Below, piece after piece: positions 49,467 through 61,589 of a DNA stretch of 64,000 nt. The notes under the pieces were generated by a model. That model made no database searches. It had not been told where the DNA came from and saw only the letters and a program-made list of their open reading frames with translations. A program made the position numbers and the translations under genes. Source of the stretch: Mobula hypostoma (lineage: Eukaryota). Position 1 is the stretch's first letter. Every line of letters begins with the position of its first letter. Where the stretch lies: contig NC_086097.1 of assembly GCF_963921235.1 (NCBI RefSeq), positions 244,282,001 through 244,346,000 on the forward strand, in the 5' to 3' direction.

Positions 49467-49561
49467 TGCATTTCCAGATCGTCAGTCTCTTGGGGTATGA
49501 ATCTGTACAAGGCAACATATATAAACTTCTGCAAAGTGTCTTTGTTTCCTGGCTCTTTCAG
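49467..49561 (-). CDS. STAC: STAC-family gene, exon starting SH3-1: LKEPGNKDTLQKFIYVALYRFIPQETDDLEM(Q)
   Basis: Acceptor cttttcctgttttatag|CTG, donor GCA|gtaagt; 95 nt, phase 0 to 2; YVALYxFxPQExxDL is the STAC SH3-1 signature. Confidence 0.93.
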
Positions 49562-49994
49562 CTATAAAACAGGAAAAGTGTAAGTGAATGTCACACATAA
49601 AAGAACAGGAAAATGCACCACCAGATTCCCTCCTGTTTGGTTTAGAACCTGCAATACTTACTTAGAGCTACAGTGAGGAAAGGGCCATTTCAGCCCAACG
49701 AGCCGTGCTGCCCAGCAACCCACCTAGTTAACGCTAGCCTAATCACATAACTATTTATAATGACCAAATAGCCTACCAACTGGTATGTCTTTGGACTGAG
49801 GTGGAAACCAGAGCACCTGGAGGAAACTAACGCAGTCACGGGAAGTACGTACTAATTCCTTACAGAGTCCTGATAAAAGATCTGGGCCTGAAACGTCAAC
49901 TGTTTTCTCTTTTCCATCGATGCTGCCTGGCCTGCTGAGTTCCTCCAGCATTTTAAGTGTATTACCAATCAAGTGGGCTGCTTTATCCTGGACA

Positions 49995-52900
49995 GAGTCA
50001 TAGAAAAGGATAGAACAGAAACAGGCCCTTTGGCCCATCTAATCCATGGCAAAAGCATTTAAACTGCCTACTTCAATCGACCTGCATCATGACCATAGCC
50101 CTCCATACCCCTACCATGCATGTATCTATCCAAACTTCTCTTAAATGTTGAAATCGAGCTCACATGCACCACTTGCGCTGGCAGCTCATTCCACACTCTC
50201 ATAACCCTCTGAGTGAAGAAGCTTCCCCTCATGTTCCCCTTCAACTTCTCATCTTTCACCCTTAACCCATGACATCTGGTTGAAGAACCACTCAACCTTA
50301 GTGGAAAAAGCCTGCTTGCATTTACCCTATCTATACCATTCATAATTTTCTATACCTCTACCAAATCTCTTCTCAATATTCTACCTGTATGTTCTAAAGA
50401 ATACAGTGCTAACCTATTCAATCTTTCCATATAACTCAGGTCCTGCAGTCCCGGCAACATCCTTGTAAATTTTCCCTGTACTCTTCCAACCTTGTTTACA
50501 TCTTTCATGTAGATAGGTGACCAAAACTGCACACAATGCTCCAAATTAGGCCTCACCAACCTCTTATGCAACTTCAACATAACATCCCAGCTCCTGTACT
50601 CAATACATTGATTTATGGAGGCCAATGTGCCAAAAGCTTTCTTTACATCACTATCTACCTGTGCCGCTACTTTCAACGAATTATATACCTGTATTCTCAG
50701 ATCCCTTTGGTCTACCACATTCATTAAAGAGGATTTCTTGGAATGTATGCGGGATGGTTTTTTGAACCAACATGTCGAGGAACCAACTAGAGAGCAGGCT
50801 ATTCTAGACTGGGTTTTGAGCAATGCGGAAGGGTTAATTAGCAATCTTGCCGTGAGAGGCCCCTTGGGTAAGAGTGACCATAATATGGTGGAATTCTTCA
50901 TTAAGATGGAGAGTGACATAGTTAATTCAGAAACAAAGGTTCTGAACTTAAAGAGGGGTAACTTTGAAGGTATGAGACGTGAATTAGCTAAGATAGACTG
51001 GCAAATGACACTTAAAGGATTGACGGTGGATATGCAATGGCAAGCATTTAAAGGTTGCATGGATGAACTACAACAATTGTTCATCCCAGTTTGGCAAAAG
51101 AATAAATCAAGGAAGGTAGTGCACCCGTGGCTGACAAGAGAAATTAGGGATAGTATCAATTCCAAAGAAGAAGCATACAAATTAGCCAGAGAAAGTGGCT
51201 CATCTGAGGACTGGGAGAAATTCAGAGTTCAGCAGAGGAGGACAAAGGGCTTAATTAGGAAGGGGAAAAAAGATTATGAGAAAAAACTGGCAGGGAACAT
51301 AAAAACTGACTGTAAAAGCTTTTATAGATATGTAAAAATGAAAAGACTGGTAAAGACAAATGTAGGTGCCCTACAGACAGAAACAGGTGCATTGATTATG
51401 GGTAACAAGGACATGGCAGACCAATTGAATAATTACTTTGGTTCTGTCTTCACTAAGGAGGACATAAATAATCTTCCAGAAATAGTAGGGGACAGAGGGT
51501 CCAGTAAGATGGAGGAACTGAGCGAAATACATGTTAGTAGGGAAGTGGTGTTTGGTAAATTGAAGGGATTAAAGGCAGATAAATCCCCAGGGCCAGATGG
51601 TCTGCATCCCAGAGTGCTTAAGGAAGTAGCCCAAGAAATAGTGGATGAATTAGTGATAATTTTTCAAAACTCGTTAGATTCTGGACTAGTTCCTGAGGAT
51701 TGGAGGGTGGCTAATGTAACCCCACTTTTTAAAAAAGGAGGGAGAGAGAAACCGGGGAATTATAGACCGGTTAGCCTAACGTCGGTGGTGGGGAAACTGC
51801 TAGAGTCAGTTATCAAAGATGTGATAACAGCACATTTGGAAAGCGGTGAAATCATCGGACAAGTCAGCATGGATTTGTGAAAGGAAAATCATGTCTGACG
51901 AATCTCATAGAATTTTTTGAGGATGTAACTAGTAGAGTGGATAGGGGAGAACCAGTGGATGTGGTATATTTGGATTTTCAAAAGGCTTTTGACAAGGTCC
52001 CACACAGGAGATTAGTGTGCAAACTTAAAGCACACGGTATTGGGGGTAAGGTATTGATGTGGATAGAGAATTGGTTAGCAGACAGGAAGCAAAGAGTGGG
52101 AATAAACGGGACCTTTTCAGAATGGCAGGCAGTGACTAGTGGGGTACCGCAAGGCTCAGTGCTGGGACCCCAATTGTTTACAATATATATTAATGACTTG
52201 GATGAGGGAATTAAATGCAGCATCTCCAAGTTTGCAGATGACACGAAGCTGGGCGGCAGTGTTAGCTGTGAGGAGGATGCTAAGAGGATGCAGGGTGACT
52301 TGGATAGGTTGGGTGAGTGGGCAAATTCATGGCAGATGCAATTTAATGTGGATAAATGTGAAGTTATCCACTTTGGTGGCAAAAATAGGAAAACAGATTA
52401 TTATCTGAATGGTGGCTGATTACGAAAAGGGGAGGTGCAACGAGACCTGGGTGTCATTATACACCAGTCATTGAAAGTGGGCATGCAGGTACAGCAGGCG
52501 GTGAAAAAGGCGAATGGTATGCTGGCATTTATAGCAAGAGGATTCGAGTACAGGAGCAGGGAGGTACTACTGCAGTTGTACAAGGCCTTGGTGAGACCAC
52601 ACCTGGAGTATTGTGTGCAGTTTTGGTCCCCTAATCTGAGGAAAGACATCCTTGCCATAGAGGAAGTACAAAGAAGGTTCACCAGATTGATTCCTGGGAT
52701 GGCAGGACTTTCATATGAAGAAAGACTGGATGAACTGGGCTTGTACTCGTTGGAATTTAGAAGATTGAGGGGGGATCTGATTGAAACGTATAAAATCCTA
52801 AAGGGATTGGACAGGCTAGATGCAGGAAGATTGTTCCCGATGTTGGGGAAGCCCAGAATGAGGGGTCACAGTTTGAGGATAAGGGGGAAGCCTTTTAGGA

Positions 52901-55140
52901 CTGAGATTAGGAAAAACTTCTTCACACAGAGAGTGGCGAATCTGTGGAATTCTCTGCCACAGGAAACAGTTGAGACCGGTTCATTGGCTATATTTAAGAG
53001 GGAGTTAGATATGGCCCTTGTAGCTACGGGGATCAGGGGGTATGGAGGGAAGGCTGGTGCAGGGTTCTGAGTTGGATGATCAGCCATGATCATAATAAAT
53101 GGCGGTGCAGGCTCGAAGGGCCGAATGGCCTACTCCTGCACCTATTTTCTATGTTTCTATGTTTCATCAGTGTCCCACCATTCACTGTGTAAGGTCTACC
53201 CTGGAAACGTAAAACCCTGTCTGCATTAAGTTCCACCTGCCATTTTTCCAGCTGATGGAGATCCCTCTGAAAGCCATGATAGCCTTCCTCGCTGTCCACC
53301 ACACCCCCCATTTAGCGTCATCCACAAATTTGCTGATCCAGTTAACCACATTATCATCCAGATCATTGATACATAGATGACAAAGAACAAAGAACCCAGC
53401 ACCGATCCCTGCAGTACACCACTAGTCACAGACCTCCAGTCAGAGAGGCAACCATCTACTACCATTCACTGGTTCCTCCCACAAAGCCAATGTCTAATCC
53501 AATTTACTACCTCATCCTGAACGCCAAACAACTGAGCCTTCTTGACCAGCCTCCCATGCGGGACCTTTTCAAATGTCTTACCAAAGTCCATGTAGACAAT
53601 ATCTACCGCCTTGCCTTCATCCACATTCCTGGGAACTTCCTAGAAAGACTCGGTAAGATTGGTGAGACATGACCATGCTAACTATCCTTAATCAGTCAAT
53701 GTCTATCCAAATACTTATATATCTGGTCCCTTAGAATACCTCCAATAATTTTCCCACAACTGACATCAGACTTACCAGCCTATAATTTCCTGGCTTCTGT
53801 TTACAGCCCTTTTTTAAACAGTAGAACAACATTGGCTATCCAACAGTCCTGTGGTACCTCACCTGTCGCTAAGGATGTTTTAAATATCTCAGCTAGGGCC
53901 ACAACAATTTCTGCACTTGCCTCACGTGGGGTCCTAGGGAACAACTTGTCAGACCCTGGGGATTTATCCACCCTAATCTGCCTCATGATAGAAAACACCT
54001 CCTCCTCTGTAATCTGTCCTCTGTAATCTGTACAGGGCCCATGAAGTTGATGCCAGTTTGCCTCAATTCTGTAGACTCCGTATCCATCTCCCAAGTAAAT
54101 ACAGATGCAAGGAATTAATTTAAGATCTCCCCCATCTGTTTTGACTCCACATATGGATTACCACTCTGATCATCCAGAGGACCAATTTTGTCCCTTGCAA
54201 TCCTTTTGTCTTAACACATCTGTAGAATCCCTTGGGCTTCTCCTTCACTTTGTCTGGTAGAGCAACCTCATGCCTTCTTTTAGCCATCCTAATTTCTTTC
54301 TTAAGTGTTCCCTTGCATTTCTTATACTCCATAAGCACTTAATTTGGTCCTGCTTGCTTATAACTGCTATGTGCGTCCTTTTGTCTCTTAACCAGGGCCT
54401 CAATATCTCTTGAAAACCAGAGTTCCCAAAGATTTGTTAGCTTTACCTTTTATTCTGACAGGCACATACAAGCTTTGTACTCTCAAAATTTCATGTTTGA
54501 AGGCCTCCTACTTTCCAAGTACATCTTTGTCAGAAAACAGCCTGTCCCAACCCACACCTGCCAGACCATTTCTGATACCATCAAAATTGGCCTTTCTCCA
54601 ATTTAGAATCTCAAACCACAGACCAGACCTATCGTTTTGCCTATTTACTTCGAAATCAATGGCATTGTGGGCACTGGATGCAAAGTGTTTCCCCATACAA
54701 ACTTCTGTCTCCTGCCCTGTCTCAGTCCCTAATTGCAGATCCAGTATGACATGCTCTCTCTTTGGGACTTCTATGTATTGATGAAGGAAACTTCCCTGAA
54801 CACATTTGATAAACTCCATCCCTTTTACAGTATGGGATTCCCAGTCAATATGCGGAAAGTTAAAATCACCTACTATAACAACCTTATGTTTCTTGCAACA
54901 GTCTGCAATCTCTTTACAAATTTTTTCATCTAAATCCCTAGGAATATAGCCCCATTAGCATGGTCATACCTTTCTTATTTCTCAGTTCCTCACTGCCAGG
55001 TTCTCCAGTCTGGCCTGACTGAGCACTGCTGTGACATTTTCCCTCACTTGTAACGCCAACCCTCCTCCTTTAATCCCTCCCTCGCTGTCACATCTACAAC
55101 AATGGAACCCCGGAAATACTGAGCTGCCAGTCCTGCCCCT
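49995..55140 (-). mobile_element. Older CR1 LINE ORF2 (decayed), split by a young CR1 at 50725-53162
   Basis: EFIKCVQGSFLHQYIEVPKR...LDL; DKSPGSD..FPR; TSGVLQGSVLG; RLVRPNLEHCVQFWSP; 3' UTR near 50000. Confidence 0.85.
50725..53162 (+). mobile_element. Young 5'-truncated CR1 LINE, ORF2 broken by only one frameshift (~51862) and one TGA (52417)
   Basis: ORFs 50615-51880, 51877-52419, 52435-53070 with endonuclease end (LGKSDHNMV) and full RT motifs; tail (ttctatgt)n; TSD TTCAT at 50720-50724 and 53163-53167. Confidence 0.95.
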
Positions 55141-55594
55141 CACTGATGGCTACAATGTCATAATTCCAGGTGCTGATCAATGCCCTAAGCATCCACCTAT
55201 CTATCATCATCAACTACTGCAGAATACCCAATCTCTGACGTGATCTTATGCCACAGAGTTAAAGACAAAGATTAGCTTTATTTGTCACATGTACATCAAA
55301 ACATCCAGTGAAGATCCCATAAGGCTCCAAGGGTTTATTCACTTTAAGGCTCCTCATAAAACGCAATGCCTTCTCCTCTGTGGCATCACGATGTCCCAGA
55401 ATATCAAAACAACCTTGCCTTATCTCACTATCCACCGTATCCTTCTTGTTGGTCAATATCACTGTGAAGTTGCCATGTAACACCTCACACGTTTCACTAG
55501 CTCCATGCATAAATTCTCTCCACTGTCCCACGCCCCCTTTGCACCCTCAAATCTTTCCACGCAACAATGTATGGTCCTGAGGGTAGACCTTAAG

Positions 55595-56140
55595 GACATA
55601 AGACACAGGACCTGAATTGGGCTATTAGGCCCATCAAGTCTGCTCTGCCAACCACCGTGGCTGAACTCCATTGTCCTGCCTTGTTCCTCTTAACCTTTAA
55701 TACCCTTACTAATCAAGAACCTATCAACCTCCACTTTAAATGTACCCAGTGAGAGACAGCCTCTGCAGCTATCTGTACCAACGAATTCCATAGGTCCGCA
55801 ACCTTCGGGCTAAAGAAATTCCCCCTCATCTCTGTCCTAAAGGGATGTCCTTCTATTCTGAGGCTGTACCTTCCGATCCCAGACTCTTCCACGAAGGGAA
55901 ACATCCTCTCCACATCTATACTATTTCGGCCTTTCAATATTCGATAAGTTTCAACAAGATCCTCCCTCATTCTTCTAAACTCCAGACAGCACAGGCCCAG
56001 AGAATGGAATGCTCCTTTTACATTAACCCTATCATCACTGTCATTCTTGTGAACCTCCTCTGGACTCCCTCCAAGGCCAGCACATAAGGAGCCCAAAGTC
56101 ACTCACAGTAGTCCAAGTACATTCTGACCTTATAAAGTCT
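55595..56140 (-). mobile_element. CR1 3' fragment
   Basis: LEFRRMREDLVETYRILKG...FRTEMRGNFFS. Confidence 0.8.
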
Positions 56141-57079
56141 CAAATTCAATTCACAATTCTTTAGCAAAACAATACTATGTTATTCTTGGAAGATAATTAC
56201 AAATCCTTCTAAGTAATAAAGCTGGGCATTTTAAATCATAACACATTAAAATTATGCTATGAAGGCCCTTGAAGATACCATGTACAGTAACACTGCAGTC
56301 CTTAGTTTCTCAAGAACCCTGCCAGATACTTGCTATAGGTCCTCAGAGACTGATAAAACTTTGGGCTCTCACATTGCCTGCACAATATTGGGATGGTCTT
56401 CGGAAGGAAATTTTGTTTCTGCTACACCAGTAATACCCAAGTATGGAATGAGGACCAGGGATAGACATCATTGTCTGAAATAAACACATGAATATACAGA
56501 AAATGAAAGGATATAGATTATGTGTGGGCAGAACGAATGATGTGTTTGACACAATTCATTAGTTTGGCACAATGTCGTGAGCCAAAGGACCTGCTCTTAT
56601 GTTGTGCTGTTTGAAATACTAAAGATTAGTTTTAGTTGTCACATGCACATCTTAACATCGATTCCCCACTCTAAGCACTTACCTCTTCTCACCTGCCTAT
56701 CACATTCCCCTTCGTCCCCTCCTCCTTCCCTTTTTCCTGTAGTCCATTTTCCTCACCTATCTGATTCCTTCTTCTCCAGCTCTTTAAAACTTCTAGCTCT
56801 TCTCCTTCCCCTCCCACCATCTTTTCATTCTGGCGTCTTCCACCTTCCAGTTCAGCCCTGAAGAAGGGTCTTGGCCCAAAATGTTGACTGTTTATTAATT
56901 TCCAAAGAAGTACATAGTTTGCATCAGCACAGTCTCCAGTCACGGGGAGAACGCACAAACTCCTTACAAACAGCAGTGTAAACTGAATGCCAGTATGTGA
57001 TTGGGGAGCTGTTATGCTACCACATCGCCCTACAGAACATAGTTCCAAGTTTATTTCCAGCCACATGAAGCACTAGAGA

Positions 57080-58077
57080 GAGCCTTTTCTGGTTGGCTGC
57101 CAGTTACTAGTAGTGTTCCACAGGGGTCTGTGTTGGGACCAATTCTTCTTACATCAATGTCAGTGCTTTGAATGATGGAATTCATGGCTTTGTTGCAAAG
57201 TTTGCAGACGATACAAAGATAGGTGGGGGGGACAGGTAGTCTTGAGGAGGTACAGAGGTTACAGAAGGACTTAGACAGATTAGGAGAATGGGCAAAGAAG
57301 TGGCAGATGGAATAGAGTGTCGGAAAGTGTACGATCGTGCACTTTGGTAGAAGAAATGAAAGGGTTGACTATTTTCTAAAAATTCAAAAATCTTAGACAC
57401 CAAGGGAATTAGGAGTCTTTGAGCAGCACTCCCTAAAGGTTAATTTGCAGGTTGAATCGGTTCCAAGAGGAATAGATTATACAAGCAAGAATGTAATGCT
57501 GGTGCTCTATAAAGCACTGGTGAGGCCTCACTTGGAGTATCATGAGAAGTCTTGGGCTCTTATATTAGAAAGAATGTGTTGTCACTGGACAGGGCTCAAA
57601 GGACGTTCATGAAAACGATTTCGGAATTGAATGGTTTGTCATATGAAGAGCACGTTATGGCTCTGGGATTGTATTCACTGAATTCAGAAGAATGAGGGGT
57701 GACCTGATTGAAGCCTATCAAACTTTGAAAGGCCTCAACAGAGTGGATGTGGAGAGGATATTTACTATATTAAGAGGATCTATGACCAGAGAACGCAGCC
57801 TCAAAATAGAGGGGCATCCTTTTAGAATGGAGTAGAGGAGGAATGTTTTGAGCCAGAAAGTGGTGAATCTGTGGAATTCGTTGCCACAAGTGGCGGTTGA
57901 GGCCAAATCTTTGGGTATATGTAAGGCTGAGGTTGATAGATTCTTGATTGGTTAGGGCATGAAGGGATAGGGCAGGAGACTGGGGCTGAGAGGGAAAATG
58001 GATCAGCAATGATGAAATGGTGAAGCATCTCAATGGGCCAAATTGCCTAATTCTGCTCCTATATCTTATGGTCTTAT
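57080..58077 (+). mobile_element. Decayed CR1 3' portion
   Basis: gttccacaggggtctgtgttgggacc, aagtttgcagacgatacaaag (KFADDTK); tail tcttatggtcttat. Confidence 0.85.
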
Positions 58078-58352
58078 CTGAGCCACTTCAGATATCTCCA
58101 GTGACTAATGTGTGCTTGCTGGGAAAAGTAGTTTACATTTCAGACAAAACAGCTTCCAATAAATCAAAGCATGGACATGTTTCTTACTATGAAGGTATAA
58201 TTAAAAGTTTAATACAAGATAAGACCACTCAATGATCACACGCACTTTTATTCGAAAGAACATCAATGGGGAATGGAAATGGCAAAATATTTTGATTGAA
58301 GCTGATTTTTCACAAGACTCCCATGTGTTTGAAATTATTTTCATTTTCTTAC

Positions 58353-58420
58353 CGGAGAGTGGGAAAGTACTCTTTCTTCCCTGATGATATTTTCAAGCCC
58401 ATTTTCAAGAGAATTAAATA
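58353..58420 (-). CDS. STAC: STAC-family gene, internal coding exon: (V)FNSLENGLENIIREERVLSHSP
   Basis: Acceptor ttttctttcttctcag|TA, donor CCG|gtaaga; 68 nt, phase 1 to 0; similar to STAC1 VFTYPENG. Confidence 0.8.
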
Positions 58421-58574
58421 CTGAGAAGAAAGAAAACACACACTGTCACTGATAGTCAAAACTCACTAGTGTTCTAGGTTTATCTGGACTTCACATCTCA
58501 TTAACATGAAAGAGGGTGGATTTTAGTATTAGCAGCTTCCAAGAAGAAATTTGTAAAATAACAAATAGACTGTG

Positions 58575-60235
58575 GAAACACACACAAAATGCTGGCAGAA
58601 CTCAGTGGGTCTCAGAGAGATCGAGGAGAGATGTGTCAGAAATGGATCAAGAGGATTTAAGGACAGGGTAGAAGTGGGAAGCAAAATTGATGAAATTTCT
58701 TTCTCAATCTCTGTCTCCATCTCTGGAGGCAAATTGTCTACCAATATCTTTCATACACCTACTATCTTGATCACACCTCTTCCCAACCTGGCCCCTGTAA
58801 AAATGTCATTCCCTTTTCTCAGTTCCTTCACCTCTACTGCATCTTTTCCCAGAATGAGGCTTTCCTTTCCAGAACATCAGAGATGTCCTCCTTCTTCAAA
58901 GAATGTGCCTTCCCTTCCTCCACCACTGATGCTGCCCTCATTCGCATCTCCTCCATTTCCTAGACATTTGCCCTCTCCCCATCTTGCCACCACCTTAACA
59001 GGGATAAAGTTGCTCTTGTCCTCACCTACCACCCATGAGCCTTTGCATCCAACACATCATTCTCCACATCATCCGCCATCTTCAGTGGGATCCTACCACC
59101 AAACACTTCTTTACCTCCCCCTCCCCATCCGCTTCGCTTTCCACAAGGATCATTCCCTCCATGATTCCTTCGTCCATTTGTCCCTCCTCACCAATCTCCC
59201 TCCTGGAACTTACCCTGCAAGCGGAAGAAGTGCTATACCTGCCCATTCACCTCCTCCCTCACCTCCATTCAGGGTCCCAAACCTTGCAGGTGAGGCAATA
59301 TTTCACCTGCGAATCTGCTGGTGTCATCTGCTATATCCAGTGCTCATAACGCAGCCTCCTCTTCATCGGCGAGACCCAAAGTAGACAGGGGGTGGCGGGG
59401 GGGGGGCGCGCTTTGGCGAGCACCTTCAGTCAATCCACAAAAAACAGGATTTCCTGGTGGCCAACCATTTTAATTCCAGTCCTCATTCCTATTCCAATAT
59501 GTCAGTCCATGGCCTCCTCTACTGCCACAATGAAGCCACTCTCAGGCTGGAGAAGCAACACCCCAGATTTCACCTCCAATCGGATGGCATGAACATCAAT
59601 TTCTCCAACTTCTGGTAATCCTGAGCGATAAACACAAAATACTGGTGGAACTCAGCAGGTCAGGCAGCATCAATAGAGAGGAATAAAGAGCCTACGTTTC
59701 AGGCAGCGACCCCTCACCTGGACTGGAAAGGAAGGGAGAAGAAGCCACAATAAGAAGGTGGGGAGAGAGAGACAAGCTGTCAGGTGATAAGTGAGACCAG
59801 GTGAAAGGGAAGGTGGGTGGGTGGGGGAGCGGGATGAAGTAATACAGCTGTGAGGTGGTAGGTGGAAGAGATAAAGGGCTGAAGAAGAAGAAATCTGAAA
59901 GGAAAGGAAAGTTGATCATGGGAGAAATGGAAGGGGAGGGAGGTGATGAGCAGGTGAGGAGAGGAGAAGGTGTTAGAAGGGAACCAGAATGGGGAATGGA
60001 AAGAGAGAGAAGGGGAAGGGAGAGAAATTACCAGAAGTTGGAGAAATCCATGTTCATTCCATCAGGTTGGAAGCTACCCAGATGAGGTATTGCTCCTCCA
60101 AAGTGAAAGCGGCCTCATCACGGCAGTAGAGACTGACATGCCAGAATCGAAATGGGGAATCCAATGGAAACAAGCAGCCACAGGGAAGTCCTGCCTTTTG
60201 TGCAGACAGTCCAAAGGTGCTCAACAAAGTGATCC
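58575..60235. mobile_element. Older Penelope copies: plus ~58700-59620 and minus ~59625-60235
   Basis: CIQHIILHIIRHLQWDPTTKHFF, QVRQYFTCESAGVICYIQCS; the minus copy has a degenerate hammerhead at ~59690-59725. Confidence 0.8.
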
Positions 60236-60540
60236 ATAAGCAAGCTGTAAACAGGAGCAAAAGGCCATCTGGCCCATCAAGACCATGGCTGACCTGGTTG
60301 TGGGCTCAGCCCCACCTACCTGCCTTTCCCGCACAACTCTTAGTTCCCCCGCTATGCATAAACCTAACAGTGCCTAAAATGTGCCTTATGACCTCACCCC
60401 TACCGGGCAACGAACTCCAGAGATGCACCACTCTCTTGGAAGTAGAAAGGAGGCAAGGTGCCACTGAGGAATTGTTCAACGATAGTAGGAGCAGTAATAG
60501 CAGTGCCGTCACTCGAGTCGAGAATGATGTTCTCCTAAGG

Positions 60541-60617
60541 CAGGGGTTCCCACTGGGTCCACAGACCCAATGGTTAATAGTAAGGCTCCATGGCTTAAAA
60601 AAGGTTGGAAACACCTG
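60541..60617. mobile_element. 77-bp hAT (Charlie-like) MITE
   Basis: TIRs caggggttccca / tggaaacacctg; 8-bp TSD TCCTAAGG / TCCTAAAG. Confidence 0.75.
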
Positions 60618-60664
60618 TCCTAAAGGGTTATTCCTTTGATAGAAAATGTCTGTGCATCACTTTG

Positions 60665-60950
60665 TTTATTGAGAGGGGGTGGGTAATGAATGGGCAGCCA
60701 ACCTTGCCAGATCGTGGTCAGGGTCCAGTGGCATGGAATGCAAGATGACTGGGTCTCTTCTCTGGTCCAGATTTCCTCCACCTCCTGCCAGCCCAACTTT
60801 AAGACCCTGGTTGGATCGCTCTTTGTGTAGACCCTCCCCTTCGACCTGACCGCCATGGGTGACCCTACCAGGAGGTAAGTACCAGATGACTAAACTCCAG
60901 GATCTCAGGATCACAGCAACTCACAAACCGCCCCACCACAGCAAGGTGAC
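60665..60950 (-). mobile_element. RTE (Expander/BovB-like) 5' UTR-derived element
   Basis: Minus strand caccttgctgtggtggggcggtttg...ggtagggtcacccatggcggtcaggtc...aaagagcgatcc resembles RTE 5' leaders as recalled. Confidence 0.5.
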
Positions 60951-61096
60951 TGTCTTGGGGTCAGGACAATCACAGGATTATGTGCTATTTAGAAGTTACA
61001 ATACAAGATCCACAATGCAGGGTCAAATATTCGATCGCTCGCTCAAGCCCCAGAGTAAATAATAAGACACAGTTAAGGAAGTAGTTTCATCGTTAC

Positions 61097-61181
61097 CGGT
61101 ATCACTATATTTTCGGCTCGGACTCAGTCTTCCTCCTGTAGCACTTGCAGCCTCCTCTGGAACTTTTGCCAGGTCTGAGGC
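61097..61181 (-). CDS. STAC: STAC-family gene, internal coding exon (linker): ASDLAKVPEEAASATGGRLSPSRKYSDT+G
   Basis: Acceptor ttttgtctcag|GCC, donor ACCG|gtaacg; 85 nt, phase 0 to 1; resembles the STAC1 linker TSDLVEVPEEA...RKRSNSV; phase fits the next exon. Confidence 0.8.
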
Positions 61182-61589
61182 CTGAGACAAAATGACGAAG
61201 ACAGTGTAGGTGTATGGCAGCAGAACGCAATTTAAAACTAACACTAACGCGAGAGCTAGAATGTAGGGCAATATGGTAGTGTAGCAGTTAGGGCAACGCT
61301 ACTAGAGATCAGAGTATTGGAGTTGCAACTCTGCCTGTAAGAAGTTTGTCCTTCCCATGGGTGCATGGGTTTCCTCTGGGAGATCCACTTTCCTCCCACA
61401 GTCCAAAAATGTACCAGTAAATAGTTTAATTGATCACTGTAAACTGTCCTGTGATTAGGCTAGGATTAATAAGGCTACTAACCAGTTGGGCCAGAAGGGC
61501 CTGTAAATAAATAAACAAACATAGATCACAAAACAGTACAGTACAGTACAGAAACAGGCCATTCAGCCCAACTAATCAAACCTCAAACT

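Noticed and set aside
50350..51180. 276-aa minus-strand ORF
   Set aside because: Antisense read-through of the young CR1 fused to the older CR1 ORF2 at the insertion junction.
50615..51880. 421-aa ORF as a novel chimeric gene
   Set aside because: It is CR1 ORF2 whose start codon comes by chance from the antisense strand of the older CR1 it inserted into.
58572..59384. 270-aa proline/serine-rich ORF
   Set aside because: Mostly an off-frame reading of a decayed Penelope copy.
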